Shown: positions 34,672 through 43,648 of the stretch, piece after piece
Layout of the letters: every line of letters starts with the position of its first letter
Numbering within the stretch: position 1 is the stretch's first letter
Program-made: the position numbers and the translations under genes
Source: a virus
Taxonomy: Duplodnaviria; Caudoviricetes
IMG/VR virus record: IMGVR_UViG_3300030329_001103
Location: 1,855 to 65,854 of that record
Reading direction: 5' to 3' (one strand)
Length of the DNA stretch: 64,000 nt
The notes under the pieces: generated by a model
Told to the model about the DNA's origin: nothing
Database searches by the model: none
The model's input: only the letters and a program-made list of their open reading frames with translations

Positions 34672-35658
34672 ATGAGTCACGAAATGTATGAACATGATCA
34701 CGCACTTTATGTAGGTGAGCCAGCGTGGCATGGACTGGGAACAGTCGTAGAGAATGCGCCTACAACTATGGATGCTATGCGTCTGGCAAGGATGGACTTT
34801 GATGTAGTAAAATCAAACCCTATCATTGCTCAGTTTAGAGATCCTAATGAGTACTATCAGAATAATACTAAAGCTAGTAAGTTCTATGCTACAGTACGCT
34901 GCGATACTAATGAAGTATTAGGTGTAGTAAGCGAGAACTATAAGGTAGTACAGAATGAAGAACTGTTTAAGATAGCAGACTCACTACCTGAAGCTAAGGT
35001 TGAGACAGCGGGTACTCTATTCAATGGAGCACAGTCTTATATCTTAATGAAGGATGATGAGTGGGCTGTCAATGGTAACGATGAGATGCATGAGTATCTC
35101 TGTCTTATGAACAGTCATGATGGTACGCTAAGTCTATCAGCACTACCTACCTCAATCAGAGTTGTCTGTAACAACACATTGAGCTGGGCAATCAGTGAAG
35201 GTAAACAACGTATGATTAGACTGAAGCACACAGGCGATATCGATAGTAAGATTCACAGCCTGACTGAAGCATTAGCTGAATGGCATCATGCTAAGGATAG
35301 GTTTAGATCTTCTGTTCGTACCCTAGCTAATAGACGCTGGGATAGAAATCAAATCCAAACTTTCTGGATGGAAATGTATCAAATGTTCGAAGGTGATGTG
35401 CCTCGAGAATCAGATACGGATAAGAATCATAGGCTTCGCAAGAAAGCTTTGACTACATTCCATACACTATCTGAAACATTCGATAAAGAAGTTCAACAGT
35501 TTGGGCAAGACAATGCATGGATTGCTGCTAACGCAGTAACCAACTGGCTGCAACACAAGAAACGCAGAACTACCGAAGCTACTGTTGCCAATAAACTTAT
35601 TGGTGATGCTAGCCGAGACTCTGCTAAAGTGATGCGTCATGCATTGCAATTAGTCTAA
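34672..35658 (+). CDS. DUF932 / TIGR03299-type phage-plasmid protein
   Basis: PAWHGLG, Y.VVQN, ETAG.L..G, NSHDG and RVVCNNT motifs. Confidence 0.85.
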   Translation: MSHEMYEHDHALYVGEPAWHGLGTVVENAPTTMDAMRLARMDFDVVKSNPIIAQFRDPNEYYQNNTKASKFYATVRCDTNEVLGVVSENYKVVQNEELFKIADSLPEAKVETAGTLFNGAQSYILMKDDEWAVNGNDEMHEYLCLMNSHDGTLSLSALPTSIRVVCNNTLSWAISEGKQRMIRLKHTGDIDSKIHSLTEALAEWHHAKDRFRSSVRTLANRRWDRNQIQTFWMEMYQMFEGDVPRESDTDKNHRLRKKALTTFHTLSETFDKEVQQFGQDNAWIAANAVTNWLQHKKRRTTEATVANKLIGDASRDSAKVMRHALQLV

Positions 35659-35845
35659 GCCCACGCCTCTGTTGATACCCAGGATACGCTTGTTTAAAGC
35701 GTTAGGTACAGGATACAGAGTGGCAAAGTAGGACGAAGACTGACTCAGTATGATACTATTGGTGAGTATAAACAGTATCTAGACAGTTAGTGGTAGTCGA
35801 TAAACATGGCAAGTACAGCCAACCACTCTTAGTAATGTGCCGAGT

Positions 35846-36148
35846 GATGGGCGTAACCCATCGACAATCTAAGACTCTGCCGAGTACAAAGCCTTTGGTG
35901 ATGCATGGTCAGCAAATAAGACTGCCTGTAAGGCGTGAAGAGGATGTAAGATTCCTTACGGTTTAAGACACGGTGGCTTGTGTCCAGAGTCAACAATCTA
36001 ATGGGGCAGGGCAGTAGTCCTCCTTAAGCCTAGTCCTCGGAGACTACCGCATATGCAGGGACTAGGTTGCCCCAACAATTTAATGGGGTGGGCAGCTGGA
36101 GCTAGCAGTTAAATAACTATAAACAGCTAACCCACCCCGACAATTATA
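35846..36148 (+). ncRNA. Array of stem-closed structured RNA units separated by ACAAT linkers
   Basis: Closing stems 35846/35862, 35873/35991, 36003/36073 and 36085/36138, each followed by (G/A)ACAAT. Confidence 0.5.
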
Positions 36149-36157
36149 GGAGATTTT

Positions 36158-36451
36158 ATGCGACAAGATCATGATCAAAAATTCGGAGGCACTTTTAATG
36201 CTCACAAGAACTGGAAGAAGTTACGAGAGAAGCATAAGAAAAGTGATGAGCATAAAGCTAGGACTGGTAAGAAGAATTGGAAGCCTGAAGTGTATGAACC
36301 TAGAGATGGTGGTGCAGGTAAAGGTGATGCTGAAAGAGAAAGAACTGTACCCGATGAAATCTATGGATACAATTATGACTTAGCCTTTGGTAAAATTACT
36401 AAGGAAGAACATAAAAAATTAGTTGAAAAATTCTGGGAGGATAACTCTTGA
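36158..36451 (+). CDS. Hypothetical basic protein
   Basis: AGGAG RBS; GAGKGD motif; overlaps the RNAP start. Confidence 0.65.
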   Translation: MRQDHDQKFGGTFNAHKNWKKLREKHKKSDEHKARTGKKNWKPEVYEPRDGGAGKGDAERERTVPDEIYGYNYDLAFGKITKEEHKKLVEKFWEDNS

Positions 36452-38889
36452 TTTGGGATACATTAAATAAAGAAGAACAGTTAGAGAGAAACCGTGCTCA
36501 AATATTATATGAACAAGAAATATTAGAATACGGTAGGCAAAAATATTGGGACGATTATGATAGAGCTCCCGATGAAGGTTTACCTGAACAAGAACTAATA
36601 GACTCTTCTGTTAATGCATTAAGAGATGAGTATCAAACATGGATTGATAAAGTATGCGCATCGCCCAAGTCTCCTAATTGGATATACCCTTTACTAGAAC
36701 TAGGTGCACAGAAGATGGCTGATATAACTATACGTGCAGTCATACGCTCATGGTTTTCTAGTAATTTCTGGGGACAAAAGTTTACTGAACAAGAACATGT
36801 ACCGCCCTTAGCACAAACTGTTGCTACATTAATAGCTCAAGATGCTTGTGATGTTATAGGCTTTCAAAGATCTAAAGAGAATCATAAAGATGAATGGCTT
36901 AAGCAATCTAAGTTTATTAAAAACTGGACACCTAAAAGATGTAAAGCATTTACAAAAAAGGTACAAGAAAATATAAAGCTAACAGTAAAACAAAAGCATG
37001 ACTTCGGTCATCACATGTTACGTATAGCTGCTTCTTCTAATATAATATTACTAGAAGGTAGATCTATTAAACGAGGTAAGTCTCTTAGAAGTTATTTGTT
37101 TGTAGAGTTTCATCCTGATGTATTACGAGAGTTACATGAACGACATGACTTATTAAAGGAAAGTAAATTAGTTTATAGACCAATGTTATGTCCGCCTGTT
37201 GAACATTCTTTAATTGAATCGGGAGGTTATGTACATACTACATTAAGAAAACCTATTGTTCAGAAATATAAATCTAATTTCTTTGGCGATAAACCTATAG
37301 AACAAAAGTTTTCTGAACCTTCTCAGTTAGTTATTGATGGGTTAAATGGTATGATGCAGACTGAGTGGAGCGTTAACGAAAAGATTTATGACGTTATGAA
37401 AACTCTATTTGAAAATAATACAGGGCTAGCTAACTTACCTGTGTTTGAGTTCGAATCTTTTATGTATAACGCACCTTACCCTAAAGGTGGGTCTAAAGAA
37501 GAAAAGGCAATATGGTGCCAACAAAGAGAACAGTCTTGGAGTGACTGGTACAAATCGGAACAAGCTAGAGGTAGAATGCTAGTTCGTTTAGCGTTGGCTA
37601 AGGAGATGATAGGCAAAGGATTTTTCTATCATGTATACACGCTAGATTTCAGAGGCAGGGCTTATACTATATGTGAGTTACTTTCGCCGCAGTCGTCAGA
37701 CTTTGATAAGGGTCTGATTCAATTTGCTAATGGCGTAGAATTAACTGATGAGGGTAGGTACTGGCAGAAAATTAATCTAGCAAACCAATTCGATCAAGAC
37801 CACTTATCATTCGATGATCGAATTAAATGGGTTGATAAAAACTGGGAGATGATAGAGAGGATAGCTAATGATCCTTACGAAAATAAAGAATGGGTTGATG
37901 ATTCTATCAAAAAGAATAAGTCCTTTCAGAGGCTGGCTGCTTGCTTTGATATTACTAGAGATGATAATCTTACTTTTATCCCGATACAGGTAGACGGCAA
38001 ATGTAATGGCAACCAACACTGGTCTGCAATTATGGGAGATCCTACGATAGCAGACTTAACTAGTGTAACTCCGAACGATGAACCTCAGGATTTATATCAG
38101 TACGTTGCTGATATAACTACACAATTCCTTAATGAGCATAAGAATAATAACACATGGTTTGATACTTTCTTATCTCATTGGGATGGGCGTATAGATAGGA
38201 AGGTAACTAAACGTTCTACTATGTGTGAACCATACGGTTTAACTTTCTATGGTATTCAAAAATATATTAAGACTGAAAGACATCTTGATTGGATACCTAA
38301 TGAACGGAGAGGTGGAGCTATTGTAGAATTATCTAGAGCTATTAAAGCATCTTTAGATAGGGCATTAGCTGAGCCTAATAAAGGTAAGCTTTACCTAAAA
38401 GAATTAGTTACTGTAGCTAATGATTTGAATAAGCACGTTGAATGGGTAACGCCAAGTGGATTTAAAGTAGTGCATCATTATAATAAGATTACTACACGAA
38501 GATCTTTAGCTAAACTATTTAACAATAAGGAACTAACATTCTTTGTTAGAACCGACGATGTAGATACTAGGTCTGCATTGCAAGCGATTGCACCAAACTT
38601 TATACATAGTTTGGATGCAGCGCATATGTTTCTGTGTATTTATTCCTTACTTTGGAATGGTATAAAAGATTTATGTATGATACATGATTCTTTTGGATGC
38701 CATGCAAACTATGTAGGGTTAATGAATACAATTATAAGACGAGAGTTCTTAGTAATGCATAAGGATAATCAATTAGAATTGTTTAAGAAAAGTTTGGAAA
38801 ACTTACTAGGTACTAAATTACCAAATGGTCCTGAAAGAGGAGACTTAGATCTGGAACAAGTTCTAAAATCTTTGTACTTCTTTGCATAG
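36448..38889 (+). CDS. T7-type DNA-dependent RNA polymerase (gp1-like)
   Basis: DFRGRAY, VDGKCNGNQHW, QDLY, RKVTKRSTM..PYG, PNFIHSLDA, IHDSFG; TTG start with GGAGGA RBS. Confidence 0.97.
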   Translation: MIWDTLNKEEQLERNRAQILYEQEILEYGRQKYWDDYDRAPDEGLPEQELIDSSVNALRDEYQTWIDKVCASPKSPNWIYPLLELGAQKMADITIRAVIRSWFSSNFWGQKFTEQEHVPPLAQTVATLIAQDACDVIGFQRSKENHKDEWLKQSKFIKNWTPKRCKAFTKKVQENIKLTVKQKHDFGHHMLRIAASSNIILLEGRSIKRGKSLRSYLFVEFHPDVLRELHERHDLLKESKLVYRPMLCPPVEHSLIESGGYVHTTLRKPIVQKYKSNFFGDKPIEQKFSEPSQLVIDGLNGMMQTEWSVNEKIYDVMKTLFENNTGLANLPVFEFESFMYNAPYPKGGSKEEKAIWCQQREQSWSDWYKSEQARGRMLVRLALAKEMIGKGFFYHVYTLDFRGRAYTICELLSPQSSDFDKGLIQFANGVELTDEGRYWQKINLANQFDQDHLSFDDRIKWVDKNWEMIERIANDPYENKEWVDDSIKKNKSFQRLAACFDITRDDNLTFIPIQVDGKCNGNQHWSAIMGDPTIADLTSVTPNDEPQDLYQYVADITTQFLNEHKNNNTWFDTFLSHWDGRIDRKVTKRSTMCEPYGLTFYGIQKYIKTERHLDWIPNERRGGAIVELSRAIKASLDRALAEPNKGKLYLKELVTVANDLNKHVEWVTPSGFKVVHHYNKITTRRSLAKLFNNKELTFFVRTDDVDTRSALQAIAPNFIHSLDAAHMFLCIYSLLWNGIKDLCMIHDSFGCHANYVGLMNTIIRREFLVMHKDNQLELFKKSLENLLGTKLPNGPERGDLDLEQVLKSLYFFA

Positions 38890-38900
38890 GGGGGAACTAT

Positions 38901-39143
38901 ATGACACACTTATTAGTACAATGTGAGAAACAAGTAGAAGATAGCATTAATGTAGCTACTATGTTAGCGGTACAAGATAAAGATAAGTTTAAAGAATTAG
39001 AAATTTCTTTTTCAAGTAAATTATTAATGGAAGTTTTTGTAAATAACTTGATAGTGCATTGGTATAGTGAAGATATAAATCCCCTTAATGGTGTGAAGAT
39101 GAGCTTGTATATTCCAGGCAATGATGATGAAGCTGATTATTAA
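38901..39143 (+). CDS. Small protein, paralogue of next ORF
   Basis: LEISFSSKLLMEVF resembles VSLDFSSFMMSVVF in the next ORF. Confidence 0.6.
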   Translation: MTHLLVQCEKQVEDSINVATMLAVQDKDKFKELEISFSSKLLMEVFVNNLIVHWYSEDINPLNGVKMSLYIPGNDDEADY

Positions 39144-39336
39144 TAGTGAAGCCGATATAGAAAGGGCAGTAAAAGATATAGTAGATATCTCTAGCTTGCC
39201 CGATGAAAAGAAAGTCTCGTTAGACTTTTCTAGTTTTATGATGAGCGTTGTGTTTGATGATTTATTATTAGAAACATTCAATAAGAATGGGATTGATAAT
39301 GTAAACATAGATGTACGACGCATAGTAAGGAGTTAG
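39121..39336 (+). CDS. Small protein, paralogue of previous ORF
   Basis: Shared motif pattern with 38901..39143. Confidence 0.6.
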   Translation: MMMKLIINSEADIERAVKDIVDISSLPDEKKVSLDFSSFMMSVVFDDLLLETFNKNGIDNVNIDVRRIVRS

Positions 39337-39337
39337 T

Positions 39338-40000
39338 ATGACAAATGTTTTAGTCATAGGAGACCTTCACTTTCCTGCTGAGCGACCAGACTATTTAAAG
39401 TTCTGTCGTGACATGCGAAGAAAGTATAAGGCTAAAGAGGTGGTGTTTATAGGTGATGTGTTAGATCATCATGCTATATCCTTCCACCAAAAGAATCCAG
39501 ATAGTGACAACGCTGTCGCTGAATATGAGAAAGCTATGAAGTCTCTCAAACAATGGTACAAAGCCTTTCCTGATGCTAGTGTTTGCATTGGTAATCATGA
39601 TGAGAGAGTACACAGATTAGCTGCAGCTAGTGGTATACCCGCTATGTACTTGAAAGAGTATAGCGATATATATGAAACGCCTAATTGGGACTGGGCTTAC
39701 GAACACTGTATTGATGATGTATATTATTATCATGGTACAGGCAGTAGTGCTGGTCTATGTCCTGCGTTTAATACTGCAAAAGCTAGACTACAAAGCTCTG
39801 TTTGTGGGCACATCCACTCAACTGCTGCTGTTCTCTATACATGCGGACCAACTGGAGAAAAAATATTTGGTATGAATGTACCAAATGGGGTTGACAAAGA
39901 TCACCCTTTAATGTATTATAGTAGAAATTTCCTACGCAAACCTGTTAATGGCGTAGGTATAGTAGTAAACGGACAACCATATATGGAGATAATGGATTGA
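39338..40000 (+). CDS. Calcineurin-like metallophosphoesterase
   Basis: GDLH, GD..D, GNHD, HG and GHIH motifs. Confidence 0.9.
   Translation: MTNVLVIGDLHFPAERPDYLKFCRDMRRKYKAKEVVFIGDVLDHHAISFHQKNPDSDNAVAEYEKAMKSLKQWYKAFPDASVCIGNHDERVHRLAAASGIPAMYLKEYSDIYETPNWDWAYEHCIDDVYYYHGTGSSAGLCPAFNTAKARLQSSVCGHIHSTAAVLYTCGPTGEKIFGMNVPNGVDKDHPLMYYSRNFLRKPVNGVGIVVNGQPYMEIMD
39891..39919 (+). promoter_or_regulatory. Sigma70-type promoter
   Basis: TTGACA-17 nt-TATTAT upstream of the SSB module. Confidence 0.5.
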
Positions 40001-40215
40001 GCGAACAAGAAACAAAAGAAGAACCGATCGCGGTTAAAGCAGAAGATGATAAGGTATGGCTAGATTTAAATGAAGTCGAAGGCTTTATTAACCATATCAC
40101 AAATAGTTTACATTCACTTGCGGTAAGCATCTCTAGTTCAATGGAACAAGTTAGAGGTCATATTGCAAACAACGATTCAGAAAATAAAGGAGAATCAAAA
40201 GATGGCGAAGAATAA
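39997..40215 (+). CDS. Hypothetical protein
   Basis: TTG start after GGAG, overlapping the previous stop. Confidence 0.55.
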   Translation: MSEQETKEEPIAVKAEDDKVWLDLNEVEGFINHITNSLHSLAVSISSSMEQVRGHIANNDSENKGESKDGEE

Positions 40216-40714
40216 TTCTTTCACAACAGAAACCCTAGACGTAGCATGGGCTCACTTACATGCACCAGATGATAAGTTCGGTGCAGACTCAGCTAATCAC
40301 AACATAACTGTGATCGTAGATGATGAGCTTCAGTCGAAACTAGATGAAGTCCAAAAAGATTTAGGGGCTAAGAAAATTAATGGCATGCGTGTTGATGACG
40401 ATGGTCGAACTTTACTTAAAGTTAAAACCAAAACGTTTGTAAAACGAGAAGAGAAAACTTTCCCTTGTCGTGACGCAGCTGCTAAAGTAACAACAGCTAC
40501 TCCGTTTGGAGGAGACAAGGTACGGCTAAGACTTGCACCAGCAAAACTTACTCGTGATGACTCTATGAGTTTGTACCTTAATGGTGTTCAAATTATTGAG
40601 AAGACTGTTGCTGATACAGGTGGATTCGAAGCAACAGATGGATTCGATGGATCATCGTTTATTCCCCCAGTGGAAAAACATGATGAGTCAGACGACCAAG
40701 ATCTACCTGTCTAA
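40202..40714 (+). CDS. Single-stranded DNA-binding protein (gp2.5-like)
   Basis: WAHL..PD.KFG, GGD.VR and LYLNGVQII motifs, acidic C-tail; AAGGAG RBS before ATG 40202. Confidence 0.85.
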   Translation: MAKNNSFTTETLDVAWAHLHAPDDKFGADSANHNITVIVDDELQSKLDEVQKDLGAKKINGMRVDDDGRTLLKVKTKTFVKREEKTFPCRDAAAKVTTATPFGGDKVRLRLAPAKLTRDDSMSLYLNGVQIIEKTVADTGGFEATDGFDGSSFIPPVEKHDESDDQDLPV

Positions 40715-41097
40715 TGCCTGAGTGGCTGTTTCCAATAAGCCCAGTAGCAGCTAGTAGGCCTCGTGTATCAAGGCACGGGGCTTACTACTCTGGACCTTAT
40801 AAAAAATTTAGAAAAGAAATGGCAGGGTTAGTTCCAATTATATTAGGAGAATCTTTCATACCTATAGAAGGACCTCTTAAAGTAGACGTAGAATTCTATG
40901 TGACAAGACCTAAGAAAACAAAACTGTTTGCACCTAAAGCTGATATCGATAATTTTTTAAAAGCATGTTTCGATGTAATGAATCAAAGATTGTGGGTAGA
41001 TGATACACAAATAAGAGAGCTATACGCTGTCAAAGAATGGGCTGATCCTAAGAAGGATGGGTACTTTATTTTAGGAGTAGATAAACTTGATAATTAA
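40714..41097 (+). CDS. rusA: RusA-family Holliday junction resolvase
   Basis: P..ASRPR, DIDNFLKA.FD and WVDDTQI motifs. Confidence 0.88.
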   Translation: MPEWLFPISPVAASRPRVSRHGAYYSGPYKKFRKEMAGLVPIILGESFIPIEGPLKVDVEFYVTRPKKTKLFAPKADIDNFLKACFDVMNQRLWVDDTQIRELYAVKEWADPKKDGYFILGVDKLDN

Positions 41098-41111
41098 AAT
41101 AATAGATAAGG

Positions 41112-41423
41112 ATGAAGGAGAAACTATCATTGATGATGGCGACTCAGAATAAAGAATACAGATTAATTAAAATACGGTGGATGGATATCATTAGACCTGA
41201 TGCAACATGGATGTTTCCAGAAGAACTAAAAACTCTGGAACCTGCTAAGATTACTACGGTAGGTTGGCTAGTAGATGAAAACTCTGAACAGATAACTATA
41301 GCAAGTTCATTAGGAGATGATAGACAATTAGGAGATATCAACTGTATACCTAAGTCTGTTGTTCAAACTATAGAAAATTTAGGAGAAACCTATGAAGACA
41401 CTATTGACGTGCCTCTTATTTAG
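41112..41423 (+). CDS. Conserved phage hypothetical protein
   Basis: I.W.D...W...T.GWL...IP pattern. Confidence 0.65.
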   Translation: MKEKLSLMMATQNKEYRLIKIRWMDIIRPDATWMFPEELKTLEPAKITTVGWLVDENSEQITIASSLGDDRQLGDINCIPKSVVQTIENLGETYEDTIDVPLI

Positions 41424-41787
41424 TGGTATAATATTAGGATGTTCAACAAATACAGGATGGTTCCCTGCTTCACCAACCCAGATCGGAGTACCGAGTGAAG
41501 CGGTTTCTGCGCCGGTCTCTACTTGTAGCCCTATGCTTAGCTGGCTTGGTGGTATTTGCACTTTGTGTGGTATGGCTTTGCTTGTGCTCACTGGTGGCAA
41601 AATGGGTTGGCGACCCTTACTCGGAGGTGTAGTATTTGTAGTAATAAATTATGCGCTAGCTATGTATGCTAGCTGGATATTTCTTCCTGTAGTTATAGCG
41701 ACTGGTGGTATTTCACTAGCGTGGGCAGGAAAGATTGTATGGAAGATCGTCAACGATGACGACATAAAGATTAAGGAGATCTTATGA
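41392..41787 (+). CDS. Putative lipoprotein with several transmembrane helices
   Basis: Lipobox-like IILGC after a signal peptide, then about three hydrophobic segments. Confidence 0.6.
   Translation: MKTLLTCLLFSGIILGCSTNTGWFPASPTQIGVPSEAVSAPVSTCSPMLSWLGGICTLCGMALLVLTGGKMGWRPLLGGVVFVVINYALAMYASWIFLPVVIATGGISLAWAGKIVWKIVNDDDIKIKEIL
41404..41432 (+). promoter_or_regulatory. Strong sigma70-type promoter
   Basis: TTGACG-17 nt-TATAAT with extended -10 TG, upstream of primase/polymerase. Confidence 0.6.
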
Positions 41788-41927
41788 TGAACGAAATGTT
41801 GAGTTCAGGGTTAGGAACGGTATTTTATTCCGTGTGTGTATTTATGGCAGGTGCTTTAATTGGTAAACCTATGTGGTGCTGGATGTGTAAGTCAATGCCA
41901 TGGAGTGAATGCAACAGAGATAAATAA
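41784..41927 (+). CDS. Small membrane protein (47 aa, not in track)
   Basis: AAGGAG RBS, ATGA overlap, single hydrophobic segment. Confidence 0.5.
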   Translation: MMNEMLSSGLGTVFYSVCVFMAGALIGKPMWCWMCKSMPWSECNRDK

Positions 41928-41935
41928 GGAATAAA

Positions 41936-43648
41936 ATGTCAAAGGTAATTGAAAGAGAACAATGTCCTGCCTGTGCTAGTCACGGGCGGGACAATTCTCA
42001 AGATAACTTAGCCGTCTATGATGACGGACATAAATATTGTTTTGCGTGTGAATATTATGAAGGTGGTAACATGAAACCAACAACTGAAACAGTCGCTAGT
42101 AACGGATTGAAATTTATAAATGGAAGTATAACTTCAATCGGTGAACGAAAGATTAACGAAAAGACTGCTCGGATGTATAACTATGCTTCGGTCCAGAAAG
42201 ATGGAAAGAAAGTAGACATAGCATCATACTATAGAGATGGAGTAATCGTTGCTCAGAAATTAAGAGGACCTAACAAGTCATTCCAATGGAGAGGCGAAAA
42301 TTCTAACATCCCTTTGTATGGTCAACATCTTTGGGCAAATACTAAAGGTAAGAGGATAGTGATAACTGAAGGCGAGATTGATTGCCTTACTGTATCACAA
42401 TTACTAGATAACAAATGGCCTGTCGTTAGCTTGCCTAATGGAGCAGCAGGTGCAGCTAGATCTGTTAAAGATAACTTAGAGTTTCTTAACGGTTACGAAG
42501 AAATTATCTTAATGTTTGATCAAGATGATCCAGGTCAAGAAGCTGTACAGAAAGTAGCTGAGATTCTACCACCAGGAAAATGTAAGGTGGCAAGTCTTCC
42601 GTATAAAGATGCTAACGAATGTCTAATGAACAATGAGGGTAAGGCTGTTGTCCAAGCCATGTGGCAAGCACAGCAATACTCACCAGATGAAATTCTACAT
42701 GTGTCTAATGTTATACGAGATTCATCAGAGGAAGAAGTTAAGGTATATCCTTTCCCCTTCGATGGCTTGTCTGAGTTTCTATTAGGTCAACGAAGTGGCG
42801 AAGTAACACTGTGGGCTTCAGGTACAGGATCAGGAAAGTCTACAATCTTACGAGAGATTATACACCACCACCTTGAAGAAGGCAGGAGTGTCGGTGCAAT
42901 TATGCTAGAGGAATCGCCTCAAGAAACTGTAGATGATATGATATCTCTTATCCTTAATAAACCTATCCGTGCTATCCGCGCTAAGAAAATCATGAATGAT
43001 CTTAGAATTAAATTAGGAAAGCAACCAATCGATATAGATATTATAGATGATTACACTGATGAAGAATATGCTGATGCTAAAGGTAGCTTAGAAGCATCTA
43101 ACTTGTATATCTATGATCACTTAGGTAACAACGGTTTAAGAAATCTGTGTGCAAGAATTGAATTCATGGCTGTATCGCTTGGCGTAGATGTGATTGTACT
43201 AGATCATATTACTGCAGCTGCAACTGGCTTAATGACTAATGATAATGATTATGATGGCGGTGCATCAGAACGTTTGTTAATCGATAACATTATGAAAGAA
43301 CTTCGTTCGCTTGTAAGTAGAACCGGTGTTCGTATTGATGTAGTATCTCAGCTTAAGAAAACCAATAAGGCTTATGAAGAAGGCGATAGAATAACTCTAC
43401 AAGACTTGAGAGGTTCTGGTTCTCTATCTTCTGTGCCTAATGTTGTTATTGCACTTGAAAGAGATAGACAAAATCCTGATACTCGTATTGCTAATACAAC
43501 AACAGTTAGAGTACTAAAGAATAGATTGACAGGTAGATCTGGAGTAGCGTCATGTTTATACTATGATCATACTTGCGGTCGCCTTAAAGAATTAGACTTT
43601 GGTATAGATGATGAAGGTAATGTAATAAGTGATTGGGATAGTGTATGA
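41936..43648 (+). CDS. DNA primase-helicase (gp4-like)
   Basis: CPAC/CFAC Zn finger, TOPRIM ITEGEID and FDQD, Walker A GTGSGKST, LDHI, DLRGSG, LKNR. Confidence 0.97.
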   Translation: MSKVIEREQCPACASHGRDNSQDNLAVYDDGHKYCFACEYYEGGNMKPTTETVASNGLKFINGSITSIGERKINEKTARMYNYASVQKDGKKVDIASYYRDGVIVAQKLRGPNKSFQWRGENSNIPLYGQHLWANTKGKRIVITEGEIDCLTVSQLLDNKWPVVSLPNGAAGAARSVKDNLEFLNGYEEIILMFDQDDPGQEAVQKVAEILPPGKCKVASLPYKDANECLMNNEGKAVVQAMWQAQQYSPDEILHVSNVIRDSSEEEVKVYPFPFDGLSEFLLGQRSGEVTLWASGTGSGKSTILREIIHHHLEEGRSVGAIMLEESPQETVDDMISLILNKPIRAIRAKKIMNDLRIKLGKQPIDIDIIDDYTDEEYADAKGSLEASNLYIYDHLGNNGLRNLCARIEFMAVSLGVDVIVLDHITAAATGLMTNDNDYDGGASERLLIDNIMKELRSLVSRTGVRIDVVSQLKKTNKAYEEGDRITLQDLRGSGSLSSVPNVVIALERDRQNPDTRIANTTTVRVLKNRLTGRSGVASCLYYDHTCGRLKELDFGIDDEGNVISDWDSV

